Assembly: GCF_006345805.1 (NCBI RefSeq)
Contig: NC_043019.1
Location: 1,240,001 to 1,304,000, forward strand
Length of the DNA stretch: 64,000 nt
Direction of reading: 5' to 3'
Origin: Octopus sinensis
Lineage: Eukaryota
Numbering within the stretch: position 1 is the first letter of the stretch; every line of letters starts with the position of its first letter. The notes under the pieces are model-generated. The model made no database searches. It was not told the origin of the DNA and saw only the letters and a list, made by a program, of their open reading frames with translations. Shown here piece after piece: positions 1 through 11,292 of this stretch. A program made the position numbers and the translations under genes.

Positions 1-125
1 GTTCGGCAAAAGAGACCGATAGAATAAGTAATAGGCTTACAAAGAATAAGTCCTGGGGACGATTTGCTCGACTAAAGGCGGTGCTCCAGCATGGCCACAG
101 GCAAATGATTGAAACAAGTAAAAGA

Positions 126-127
<2 letters not shown>
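1..127 (+). mobile_element. SINE group A, 3' half (cut by window edge)
   Basis: GTTCGGCAAAAGAGACCGATAGAATAAGT...GACTAAAGGCGGTGCTCCAGCATGGCC...GAAACAAGTAAAAGAGT matches the 3' half of more than 12 other copies in the window. Confidence 0.9.
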
Positions 128-188
<61 letters not shown>

Positions 189-189
189 T

Positions 190-610
190 ATTAAATTAGA
201 GATAAAAACTATTAGGCAAATCAAACAGTGAAAATCATAAGCCAATACATAGAAATAAAATTAATTAAAAAAATAAAATGTAAAATATAAAAATCCAATT
301 AAAATATTTAAATTAAAGTTATATATAATATATTATCAACAATAATTAAGGGTAAAACTAATCAATTACGAAGTAATCAATAAATTTCACCAAGTAGAAT
401 CGGTATGAAAACGGACCGTTAACGGTAAATTCTAGTAATACTAATAATTAAGGATCAGCAAAAGAATGCATCACCACATACCGAAGTCAGAAATAGCAGC
501 CAAAATCTAAGCGATTTCTTCTAAGTAGAAGAAATCGCTTAGATTTTGGCTGCTATTTCTGAACTTCGGTATGTGGTGATTCATTTCTTTTGCTGACCCC
601 TTAATTATTA

Positions 611-613
<3 letters not shown>
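190..613 (-). mobile_element. Penelope-like pLTR-type fragment ending in a fold-back hairpin, embedded in (TA)n
   Basis: Flanked by (TA)n. 439-523 is the near-perfect reverse complement of 526-613. The sequence is homologous to 1130-1290 and 54080-54262. Confidence 0.6.
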
Positions 614-678
<65 letters not shown>

Positions 679-684
679 GATATA

Positions 685-1290
685 TTATATAAAAGGGCTT
701 AGTAAAAAAATTACTTTGCCGCATACTGAACTCATTAGAATAGCAGCTAAAAAACTTTTTTAAAGCTATTTAATACTTAAGAAAATCTCTCATATATAGT
801 GTTTGCTATATAAGCATAGTGTTGATGATTTTAACCCACGCTGGTGAAAGGGGAGAACAGAGATCCTTCGCTTGCTTATTGAATTGTTGACACTGTTAGT
901 TACGAGCAGATCTTCGAAAGGGTATGTTCTTATTTTCAGTGTTCCAAATCCAAACCAAGGAATTTCTGAGCTGATGATAGAGAAGTGTGTTTTTTGACTA
1001 ATCTTGAAACGTACGTCTCAAATAACCTTGCATTTGATTTTTTCGATGTCTTACCCCCAAACTTTTGTGAGTGAATTAAGCAAACACTATATATGAGAGA
1101 GATTTTCTTTAAGTATTAGAAATAGCTTTAAAAAAGTTTTTTAGCTGCTATTTCTAATGAGTTCAGTATGCGGCAAAGTAATTATTTTATTAATAAGCCT
1201 TTTATATAATGTAATAATTGAATCGCCTTGAATGGTCCCTTTGCATACTGAACACTTGGTGAAAGATAATAATTAATTAATTTTGCCCTC
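685..1290 (+). mobile_element. Penelope-like pLTR-type fragment with inverted 5' arm and a hammerhead-like motif
   Basis: 685-807 is the inverse of 1079-1210. It is flanked by (TA)n, has a CTGATGA...GAAACGTACGTC motif at 971-1018, and belongs to the same family as 53851-54262. Confidence 0.6.
966..1022 (+). ncRNA. Degenerate type I hammerhead ribozyme motif
   Basis: CTGATGA (971-977), an imperfect helix II, GAAAC (1006-1010), palindromic helix III ACGTACGT and a GUC triplet. Helix I pairs poorly in this copy. Confidence 0.45.
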
Positions 1291-1304
1291 AATTGTTGAA
1301 AATA

Positions 1305-1342
<38 letters not shown>

Positions 1343-2340
1343 TATGAGTACACATACATATGTACTAATATTGACATTGTAAGAAATTATAACCTTTCGG
1401 GAGAACTGGAAATAATTCATTATTGGGTCGCATGACCTTGGAGCGTACGTGAATCTATCAGTAAAAGCATGAGTGGCCTGTTACCTATTGAAATGGAAAA
1501 ACGTGGAAGGGGGCTCCGGCAAAGTGAGCTCACCCTCTCATAGACATGATGTCATTCAAATTCAACGTACTCGATTTAGTTCAGTACAGCTCCATTTTCT
1601 TCTATGTAGCAGACAATAAATCCGTTTTCGTGTAATTATTTTTATTTATTAATATTATATCCACCCCTAGAGGAAGGTATCATAATTATCAAATGTGAAA
1701 AAGGAATTAATCGTAAGAACAAACAATTCTCCAAAGTTGACACGCCGTTAAGAAAACCAACAGGCTTTTGGCTTCGAGATAATAGGACAATCTCAGAATC
1801 GATATTTTGCAATAGGTTTTCAGAATCTTCTGCTGGTTTCCCTGTAAGGAGATATATGGTGCAATATAGGAAAAGATTAAGAAAATCTTTCCACTGTTAA
1901 TGATTATAAAATTTCGAGCGGAAGTAAACTCAGACGCTTCTGATATTCGAACCTAAATTTTGTTTTACATTTACTATAGAACGTCCTTGTAATTTTTCTC
2001 TCACACCACACAGCTCTTTAATCTATGCGTAGCAGCATGTTATTAAGAGACAACGGAAGAATTTTGGATTGCAATAGCTCCTTATTTTTCTCCGATGTTC
2101 ATTATGTTGTTCCTCTCGGCTAAACCTCTATTGTTCTCTAAATAGTTTGTATTCAGAAAACGTACGAGATTTGCAACTGCGAAATATTCAATTCACTTAA
2201 GTTTTTCGGTTGTTAAAAATGCCTCCAAGGTTTCTCTTCATATTGTAAGACATAATTTGTTTCAAATGAAAGCGAACTTAAATCACTGCTGCACTGATCT
2301 GTTCCTAAACCGCAGGTTGTCAAGTTCCTTTTGTGAGAGC

Positions 2341-2906
<566 letters not shown>

Positions 2907-2908
<2 letters not shown>

Positions 2909-4003
2909 TCAATAAATGGTGGGGTTGTGTTGACCGCACGTGGAGAAATGATAAGTAAGGAAAAAATTTTTTTAAAATGCAGAATGCTCAAATGAAAGAA
3001 AATTTTAATAAAATGAGAAATTGATAAAATATATAAATATATATTTATTCAACCTGTTTTCGTCATTGTATGACTTGTCAAGAATATTTATGTTTTAAAA
3101 AGTTTTTTTAAAAATTAGAAAGGGGAAAAAAAGAAAATTGCATTGTTTTTTGTAAAAGAATAATGATAAAAATGTACAAAGATTAAAAAATAAGTTCTCC
3201 GATACATTGTGAGTTCGTTGTGTATCTTGAGTTTTATGGTTGTTTACGAAAAAATTACCTTGAGGTGTTAAGATCCAAAGGGATTAAGAGCATGTGTTGT
3301 GTTGTTAAATTCAGCATGTTTGCAGGACAGGAAGTAGTAGTAATTGTGGTCCTGGTTCTTCAGTTCCTGTGTTGTGAGTAAGGGGAGACAACTCTTTTGA
3401 GTTCTTCAATAAAACCCAAATTATAAAACAATCATTTTAGCTTCATTTGCGTTATCTTTTTTATATAATTGCTTGTTAACTTAACTTTCAGATTTTAAGA
3501 CTTTATTTATATTATTTTCTAATAATATAAATCTGCATAGACAATTGCATTTCAAATTGTCATATCATTTATAATAAAAATGATAGTAATAACAACAATA
3601 GTAAAAATGATATTTAAAGAATATAAGTTTTAGCTTGAAGTGATGAATGCATGGTATCTTTATATATTTGTGTTAGTCCATCCATGAAGAGTGAGGTAGA
3701 GAAAGGAAGTTTGATCAACGAGGAGTTTGCATATTAAGTTGTGTTTGGAATTTTTCAATAAAGAGATTCTCCTTGTTAATTCTCTCCTGTGTGGTGATCC
3801 CTACAAAAAACAATGCAATTTTCTTTTTTTCCCCTTTCTAATTTAAAAAAAAAACTTTTTAAAACATAAATATTCTTGACAAGTCATACAATGACGAAAA
3901 CCGGTTGAATAAATATATATTTATATATTTTATCAATTTCTCATTTTATTAAAATTTTCTTTCATTTGAGCATTCTGCATTTTTAAAAAAATTTTTCCTT
4001 ACT
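2907..4003 (-). mobile_element. Penelope-like element remnant with ~200-bp inverted arms
   Basis: 2954-3154 is the inverse of 3802-4003. Minus strand 3798-3715 reads ITTQERINKENLFIEKFQTQLNMQTPR*, resembling the E..FI.KF.P.LN end of PLE GIY-YIG proteins and the end of the relic at 23771-23810. Confidence 0.6.
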
Positions 4004-4340
4004 ATATATATATATATATATATTATTTGCTGGATTTCATTTTCTTTGCGATCTTAATTGGCACTACTTTAAGATATATTGAATTAATAAGCCTTCATAT
4101 GATCACTCGGTCTATGAGGCAAAGTAAATGAAATAAACAATTTCTATCTTCGATGATTATGCTTGTCACATCGCTTATGCATTACGCGTACACGATGTCG
4201 AGAGAGAATACCCATGTAGCTTAAAATTGAAGCGGTGAGAAGAAAAATCCTTTACAATCGATATCAAGTGTTATTTATCCTGGTGTTAGGGATCAATAGC
4301 AAACACAAATGATATTTGATAATATTCTTCATGTATACGC

Positions 4341-4549
4341 TTTACTCTTTACTCTTTTACTTGTTTCCGTCATTTGATTGTGGCCATGATGGAGCACCGC
4401 CTTTAACCGAGCAAATCGACCCCAGAACTTATTCTTTGTAAGCCTAGTACTTATTCTATCGGTCTCTTTTGCCGAACCGCTAAGTTACGGCGACGTATAC
4501 ACACCAGCATCGGTTGTCAAGCGATGTTGGGAGGACAAACACAGACACA

Positions 4550-4638
<89 letters not shown>

Positions 4639-4793
4639 GACGGATTTATTTCAGTTTCCGTCTACCAAATCCACTCACAAGTCTTTGGTCGGCCCGAGGC
4701 TATAATAGAAGACACTTGCCCGTGATGCCACACAGGTGGACTGAACCCGGAACCATGTGGTTGGTAAACAAGCTACTTACCACAAAGCCACTC
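4341..4793 (-). mobile_element. SINE group A, near full length, with internal (CA)n(TA)n
   Basis: tRNA-like head, internal microsatellite and (TTTTACTC)n tail; matches the other copies. Confidence 0.92.
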
Positions 4794-4829
4794 GTACTAG
4801 TAAGATTTTATGCATATTTCAATGAATTG

Positions 4830-5680
4830 AATTCATCACTTATGTCTGAATGAGAATTACATGCCTTTCGTATGTAGCGTAATATATATCGCCATTTCTA
4901 AGATGTAGTAAGCGCATTCTTGGAATGTATATCAGGAAAGATACTTCAACTTTCTTTAGTACAACAATATTGCGGGACTAAGGCATGTCTGAATATACAA
5001 TGTAATGATATTATCTACCTAGGCTATTATAATGTTGATTCAAGTATCGATATTCTTTCACGTGTGGGCCAGCTGTCCGTTCGTTTCTCAGGTTTAGTTG
5101 CATCATTCCATATCTTACATTAGCTACCATTCCCAACAATAAAGATAGAACTATGATAACCGAAAGAAAGCTGTTATAGATCGCTGGAAAGATTATGCAT
5201 CACTTCCAACATCCAATACAATAAATACTCATAGTTGAATCAATGTAGGCTTCTACTGTATGCACGGCCTCTTTAAAAATTCCTAAAGGCAATTTTCCAG
5301 AACGATAAAATCCGTTGCCCGGGCTTTGAATGTCATCCATTATACAGATTCCATTAAATATCAGTAAACCACTAATGGATAATTCCCTGTCCTTGCCTAA
5401 TATAAACGTTGATCAGCGATCTGCACTTATTCAATCATTTTATCATAAATATTTAATCCTTTTTAATAATGCTCATTATGTGGCCATAATTAATGATGAT
5501 CATATTCATTCTAACAAATGATAAGATTGGACTTGGTATGCATGTCATCGATATTCTAATAAACGAGCTTTATTGGCAATTAAGAAAAATAATTATATTT
5601 TAATTAGCAAATATACTAGTACACTGATAGATAAGGTGAGGGCAGTCTTGACCTTATTTGTACTAAAATCATACTTCCAG
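4830..5680 (-). pseudogene. Putative highly decayed class A GPCR
   Basis: Minus frames with scattered stops give a hydrophobic TLSISVLVYLLIKI segment, ISADR* (DRY-like, 5413-5430), IIFPAIYNSFLSVIIVLSLLLGMVAN and IISLHCIF in receptor-like order. Inference from motifs only. Confidence 0.35.
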
Positions 5681-5692
5681 TTATGGCCTACT

Positions 5693-5928
5693 CGATTCAA
5701 ACGCATTCGTAAGAGCCTATTTCCCGGTTCCTATGGGTATAAGTTTGCCACCTGGTAGGGATGCCGGTCCGGAGCAAGATTACTAAGTTTTGCCAGCTGA
5801 GTGGACTAGACCAACGTGACAAGAATTGTTTTGCTTAATAACAGAAACCATCACTTAGTGCAGGAATCGAAACCTCAATCGCACCATCATGTGCCCATCA
5901 CCCGAACCACTATGTCACGCGCCTTCAC
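5693..5928 (-). mobile_element. SINE group D head with GGAAACCGG-type tail (diverged)
   Basis: The minus strand begins GTGAAGGCGCGTGACATAGTGGTTCGG (A-box-like) and has GTTTCGATTCC (B-box-like); homologous to 55751-55992. Confidence 0.7.
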
Positions 5929-6273
5929 AATTATGGTCTAAATTATGACGGCAGTAAGGAGGTTTAGCTACGGCATAGCCATTATTCTCAATGACCATAA
6001 ACATATGCATGATATAGTGAGGAAATAGTGATAGGAAAGACATCACGAAGAACAACCGTGGATCAGTGATACTCTTTTACTTGTTTCAGTCATTTGACTG
6101 CGGCCATGCTGGAACACCGCCTTTAGTCGAGCGAATCGACCCCAGGACTTATTCTTTTGAAGCCTAGTACTTATTCAATCGGTCTCTTTTCTGAATCGCA
6201 AAGTTAAGGGGAGGTAAACACACCACCATCGGTTGTCAAGTGATGTTGGGTGGACAAACACAGACACACACAA

Positions 6274-6330
<57 letters not shown>

Positions 6331-6407
6331 CATACATATATACATATATATACATATAAACATATACATATAAATATATACATATATATATATGTATATA
6401 TATATAC

Positions 6408-6628
6408 TTTCCGTCTACCAAATCCACTCACAAGGCATTGGTCGGCCCGGGGCTATAGCAGAAGACACTTGCCCAAGATGCCACGCAGTGGGACTGAACC
6501 CGGAACCATGTGGATGGTAAACAAGCTACTAACCACACAGCCACTCCTGCGCCTATGTTAGTTCTCTGTTAGTTCCTCAAAAGTTATAATGGTATTTTGT
6601 TCCACAAGGGTTTGCTGTATGCAAGAAG
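6408..6628. repeat. 221-bp inverted duplicate of 7685-7905
   Basis: Reads as the exact reverse complement by eye, including ~74 bp of non-SINE flank and shared private SINE substitutions. Confidence 0.92.
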
Positions 6629-6638
6629 AAGACTGTAT

Positions 6639-6861
6639 GCAATAGTAGAAGACTCTTGCCACGCAGTGGTACTGAACCCGGTACCATGTGGTTCGTAAGC
6701 AAGCTACTTACCACACAGCCACTCCTGCGCATATCTCTCCAGATATTCCATAGAAATTATAATCAGCACTGATTTTTGCTACATTTCGTATACGAGACGT
6801 CCGATGTAAACCAGCACTGAGATGGAAGACGAGAAACGGATAACGGCTTCATGCGCTATAT
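6639..6861. repeat. ~222-bp direct duplicate of 7387-7612
   Basis: Identical apart from one 3-bp indel (GCTAC vs GCTACGAC) and one substitution. Confidence 0.92.
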
Positions 6862-6906
6862 ATATATATATATTTATATATATGTATATATATATGTATA
6901 TATACT

Positions 6907-7159
6907 TTCATAATTTGAAACTGACTTATTGGAAGTCCACCTGAAGATTGTCGATCAAGACATGAAACGATTGTAGTGGCGGTTTTTTTGACTATTTATT
7001 AAAATTTTATGTATTGATTAAGTCTTTCCTTGTTTGTTTTGCAAAATAGTGGTTTTGTCTCTAATAATATTTTATAATATTTTACTATAAAATTGGATTT
7101 AATCCTAAATCTGATTTTTTTTCCCTGTAAATTTGGATTTATTCCCTAATATTTATTAT

Positions 7160-7209
<50 letters not shown>

Positions 7210-7288
7210 TTAACAATTGAGGATAAAATCTTTAAAAGAAATTATCAGTAGCGTGTTGGTATCTACGAATAGTAGTAGCCTCAATATA

Positions 7289-7290
<2 letters not shown>
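6907..7290 (+). mobile_element. Penelope-like pLTR-type fragment carrying a hammerhead
   Basis: Highly similar to 21557-21810 and bounded by (TA)n. Confidence 0.65.
6937..6979 (+). ncRNA. Type I hammerhead ribozyme motif
   Basis: CCAC-CTGAAGA-TTGTC-GATCAA-GACAT-GAAAC-GATT-GT-A-GTGG. Helix I is CCAC/GTGG, helix II is TGTC/GACA with a U-U closing mismatch, the core is intact and the triplet is GUA (predicted cut after 6975). Confidence 0.7.
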
Positions 7291-7328
<38 letters not shown>

Positions 7329-7758
7329 CATGCTTTTTTCAGTTTTCGTCTACCAAATCCACTCACAAGTCTTTGGTCGGTCCGAGGCAATAGTAGAAGA
7401 CTCTTGCCACGCAGTGGTACTGAACCCGGTACCATGTGGTTCGTAAGCAAGCTACTTACCACACAGCCACTCCTGCGCATATCTCTCCAGATATTCCATA
7501 GAAATTATAATCAGCACTGATTTTTGCTACGACATTTCGTATACGAGACGTCCGATGTAAACCAGCACTGAGATGGAAGACGAGAAACGGGTAACGGCTT
7601 CATGCGCTATATTTCGTGGGGTCTTACTCCTTCATCAGTACGCATCCAACCCTTAAATCATGCTCGAGAAAATTGCTTAAGCAGCTTCTTGCATACAGCA
7701 AACCCTTGTGGAACAAAATACCATTATAACTTTTGAGGAACTAACAGAGAACTAACAT

Positions 7759-8185
7759 AGGCGCAGGAGTGGCTGTGTGGTTAGTAGCTTGTTTACCATC
7801 CACATGGTTCCGGGTTCAGTCCCACTGCGTGGCATCTTGGGCAAGTGTCTTCTGCTATAGCCCCGGGCCGACCAATGCCTTGTGAGTGGATTTGGTAGAC
7901 GGAAACTGAAAGAAGCCTGTCGTATATATGTATATATATATATGTATGTGTGTGTGTTTGTGTGTCTGTGTTTGTTCCCCTAGCATTGCTTGACAACCGA
8001 TGCTGGTGTGTTTACGTCCGCGTCACTTAGCGGTTCGGCAAAAAGAGACCGATAGAATAAGTACTGGACTTACAAAAAAAAAGAATAAGTCCCGGGGTCG
8101 ATTTGTTCGACTAAAGGCGGTGCTGCAGCATGCCCGCAGTCAAATGACTGAAACAGGTAAAAAAGAGAAAAGAGAGAAAGAGAGA
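7759..8185 (+). mobile_element. SINE group A, full length
   Basis: Head AGGCGCAGGAGTGGCTGTGTGG, then GGTTCAGTCCC, an internal microsatellite and an AAAAGAG tail. Confidence 0.92.
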
Positions 8186-8188
8186 AGC

Positions 8189-9227
8189 TTGGATTTGGTC
8201 ATTCAACCATTCATCGATACCTGCGAGACATCGGAAAAATCAGCAAATTAGGACAATGGGTTCCTCATCAACTTTCCGAGACTAATCGCGCGCAAAGAAT
8301 GAATGTGCGCTCTCCTTGGCAGTCACATCTCACGAATGAACCTTCTTGGGACCGAATAGTGACCGGTGACGAGAAATGGCTTCCCTAAAATAATGTCAAG
8401 CGCTGAGAACAGTGGGGAGGGAAAGGAGAACGAACGGCACCCCAGGCTAAAGGCCCTTTCGTTACTGTGTTTATTTTGAGATGCTCTGTGTTTATTTCAA
8501 TTATTTTAAATATAACAAAGAATTTAGTAAAATAACTTAGTCATCATTCAACTAGTGTTAGTAACATAAATTGTGACTAAGGTTTGGTGGTATATTTTGA
8601 TGCAAAACTTATGAAATCAAGACATTTGTACTACAGAGCCAGAGCCGGTTTTGGCCGGGTTGGTAACGAAAGGGTTAAAGTGTTGTTATATGTTTTGTGA
8701 GATATGAAAGGTTTAGTCCACTTTGAAATTTCAAACCGCAGCAAAATGATAACAAAAGATCTCCTGCGAGCAGCTTGAGCGGCTGAAATCAGCGCTAGAA
8801 GAAAAACGACCATCTTTGGTTTCAAGACGAAATGTATTCTTCCATCAGGATAATGCTCGATCGGATACAGCGAGGTTGACATTCAAAAAGCTGGAGCAAT
8901 TTGAATGGGAAGCGATGCTCACCTACCATATTTGTAGGACATTGCTCTATCCGATTGTCATTGATTCCGCAGTCTGCAAAATCATTTGAACACAAAACGT
9001 ATGAATTCGGTAGACGAGATCAGAACTGTACTGGGCGAGTATTTTTCGTCACGGACAAGTGAATTTTGGAAGTGAGACCTTGCAAATCTTCTAGAGAGAT
9101 GGAAGAGCATAATAGAAAATGAAGGAGAGTATATTTCAAATTTTAAACAAATAACTTTTCTTTATCGTAATTTTGTAAAATAAGAGATTTTTTTCTAAAT
9201 GCATTATTTACGGGATGACCCAATATA
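8189..9227 (+). mobile_element. Decayed mariner (DD34D-type) transposon, 5' truncated, interrupted by a MITE
   Basis: Translates to GQWVPHQL, RIVTGDEKW and FFHQDNAR, with a degenerate YSPD region; ends GGGATGACCCAATA-TA. Confidence 0.9.
8454..8674. mobile_element. piggyBac-type MITE nested in the mariner
   Basis: Terminal inverted repeats CCCTTTCGTTAC / GTAACGAAAGGG, with TTAA on the right (8675-8678); the left TTAA is not preserved. Confidence 0.75.
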
Positions 9228-9340
9228 TTCAGCATATTTATAAGTCAATAACTCGCATAAAATATGCTTTCGCGACATCTGTATACCGCAAGTTGAAATT
9301 TATCAGTGTATACTCTTACTTTTAATCCTTACATATATGC

Positions 9341-9704
9341 GTGGAGGCGCAATGGCCCAGTGGTTAGGGCAGCGGACTCGCGGTCGGAAGACCGGGCATT
9401 GTGAGTGTTTATTGAGCGAAAACACCTAAAGCTCCACGAGGCTCCGGCAGGGGATGGTGGTGAACCCTGCTGTACTCTTTCACTACAACTTTCTCTCGCT
9501 CTTTCTTCCTGTTTCTCTTGTACCTGTATTTCAAAGGGGCCAGCCTTGTCACACTCTGTGTCACGCTGAATCTCCTCGAGAACTACGTTAAGGGTACACG
9601 TGTCTGCGGCGTGCTCAGCCACTTGCACGTTAATATCACGACCAAGCTGTTCCGTTGCTCGTATCAGCTGGGACCCTCATCGTCGCAACCGACGGAATGC
9701 TCCT
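9341..9704 (+). mobile_element. SINE group C (tRNA-Arg-like head)
   Basis: GGCGCAATGGCCCAGTGGTTAGGGCAGCGGACTCGCGGTC head; body homologous to 38240-38747. Confidence 0.85.
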
Positions 9705-10417
9705 ACATATATGCATGAAGAGAAAGATTGTTCGCAGCCTACAATAAACTAAAACGTAATATAAGAACATAAGAGGCGAAATAGACTTTTACTTAGAATA
9801 TAACATTTACTAATAACATCAGGAGTTAAAATAACTTTAGGAAAATCATCTAACTTAGAAATATTATATCAGCTCTCAAAAACAGAGATGCGATCAAGAA
9901 TTTCGGTTAAAAAACGAAAAAAAGCAATGATCTGAACATTACAGTGAAGGATGCGGTGCCTACAATATTCTGAACAATATTCTGAAACAATATGAGATGT
10001 CATTGCCAAAAAATGTTTCGTTGAGAAGAGATTATGTGAATTCAATCCCTGACAGCTGTGACAATAAATATGAAGGCGAAGTAGCGTAGAATCAAGTCTA
10101 GAAGGGAAATATCTAGTTATGTTGTGGGAAGAAATATGAATCAGATACGCTTGACTATTTGTGGCATAGAAGGTCAGGATAATAAAGACAACACTGGAAA
10201 ATAAGAAGATTGAAATAATCTGTGTCTGTGCTGGTGGTTGATAATTTAATCGGCTTGTTTTGATTATGAAGGAACACCATACGGAAGCTTTAATTAAGAT
10301 AGAAACAGTATTTTTAAAAATAAACCATCAAATTTCACCTGCTTTATGGTCATACGCACACCCACACGACAGACAATAGAGTAGTAACAGTTGGAAATAA
10401 AAAGAGCTGAACACTCG

Positions 10418-10756
10418 GGATCTTTTCGGTTTGAACGGCAGTTTTTTCTAGCGGTGTCATATGAAATTGTCACCCATAATTATGACCCTAGTATCGATCT
10501 ATTGCATTTCAACCTGTTTTAGGGTTAGGGTTAGTTAGGGGTGTTGGAAGGGTATCTTTTTTTCTTCAGAAATGGACGTCACTGATTGCAGAAATTGAAG
10601 AAAAAGACAACAAATATCTTACAAACTATAGAATTTACTCAATAAAGTCAAGAGAAAAATATGTTTTATAAACACATTCTACCAGTATACGAAGTTTAAA
10701 ATTTTTTAGTTACCTAGAAATTATGTTAAAAACTGCCGTTCAAACCGAAAAGATCC
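10418..10756. mobile_element. MITE with 8-bp TSD (Merlin- or hAT-type)
   Basis: TIRs GGATCTTTTCGGTTTGAACGGCAGTTTTT and its inverse; TSD AACACTCG at 10410-10417 and 10757-10764; second copy at 56048. Confidence 0.9.
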
Positions 10757-11292
10757 AACACTCGTTATCCAAAATCACCCCGAGGATCAACGGCTATCAA
10801 ATAAACACAAACACACACATACATACATACATACATACATACATACACACGCGCTCGCACGCAAAACACGTAATCACAGACTGGCTTACTTACATATGTG
10901 TTTATATATGTGTGTGCGCGTATGTATGTGTGTTTGCGTGTGTATGTGTGTTGTGTATGAATAACGGTCTGCAAACAGAAACGGAACAGAAGCGTAAAAG
11001 CGAGTGAGGAGATAACAAGGTGCAAAACCACCTGGAAGTGTAGACTAAATGCCGATACGTTTTCAATCTGCACCAAAAGAGTTGATCCAAGCTGCGATAT
11101 CAACAAGGTAAATCAATGCTTTTGGGGATTGACTCATAAACACAAAACCTGAACATTAATATAGTAAAAGAAACGAATATGAGTAGCAAATGATGGGGAA
11201 GAATAAATATTGTCATTCAGTAGAAGGAAAAGGCAAGGATATGCATGGTGTGAAATAGAGCACAAAATTTAAAATACAAACATATAGATATC

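Larger units (their letters stand above)
6069..7479 (-). mobile_element. SINE group A copy split by a ~920-bp patchwork insertion
   Basis: The tail half lies at 6069-6400 and a head half at 7327-7479. The sequence between them is built from nearby copies (see findings). Confidence 0.7.

Noticed and set aside
10499-10520. TTAGGG repeats as a telomere or fusion site
   Set aside because: Only 2-3 units, internal to a MITE present twice in the window.
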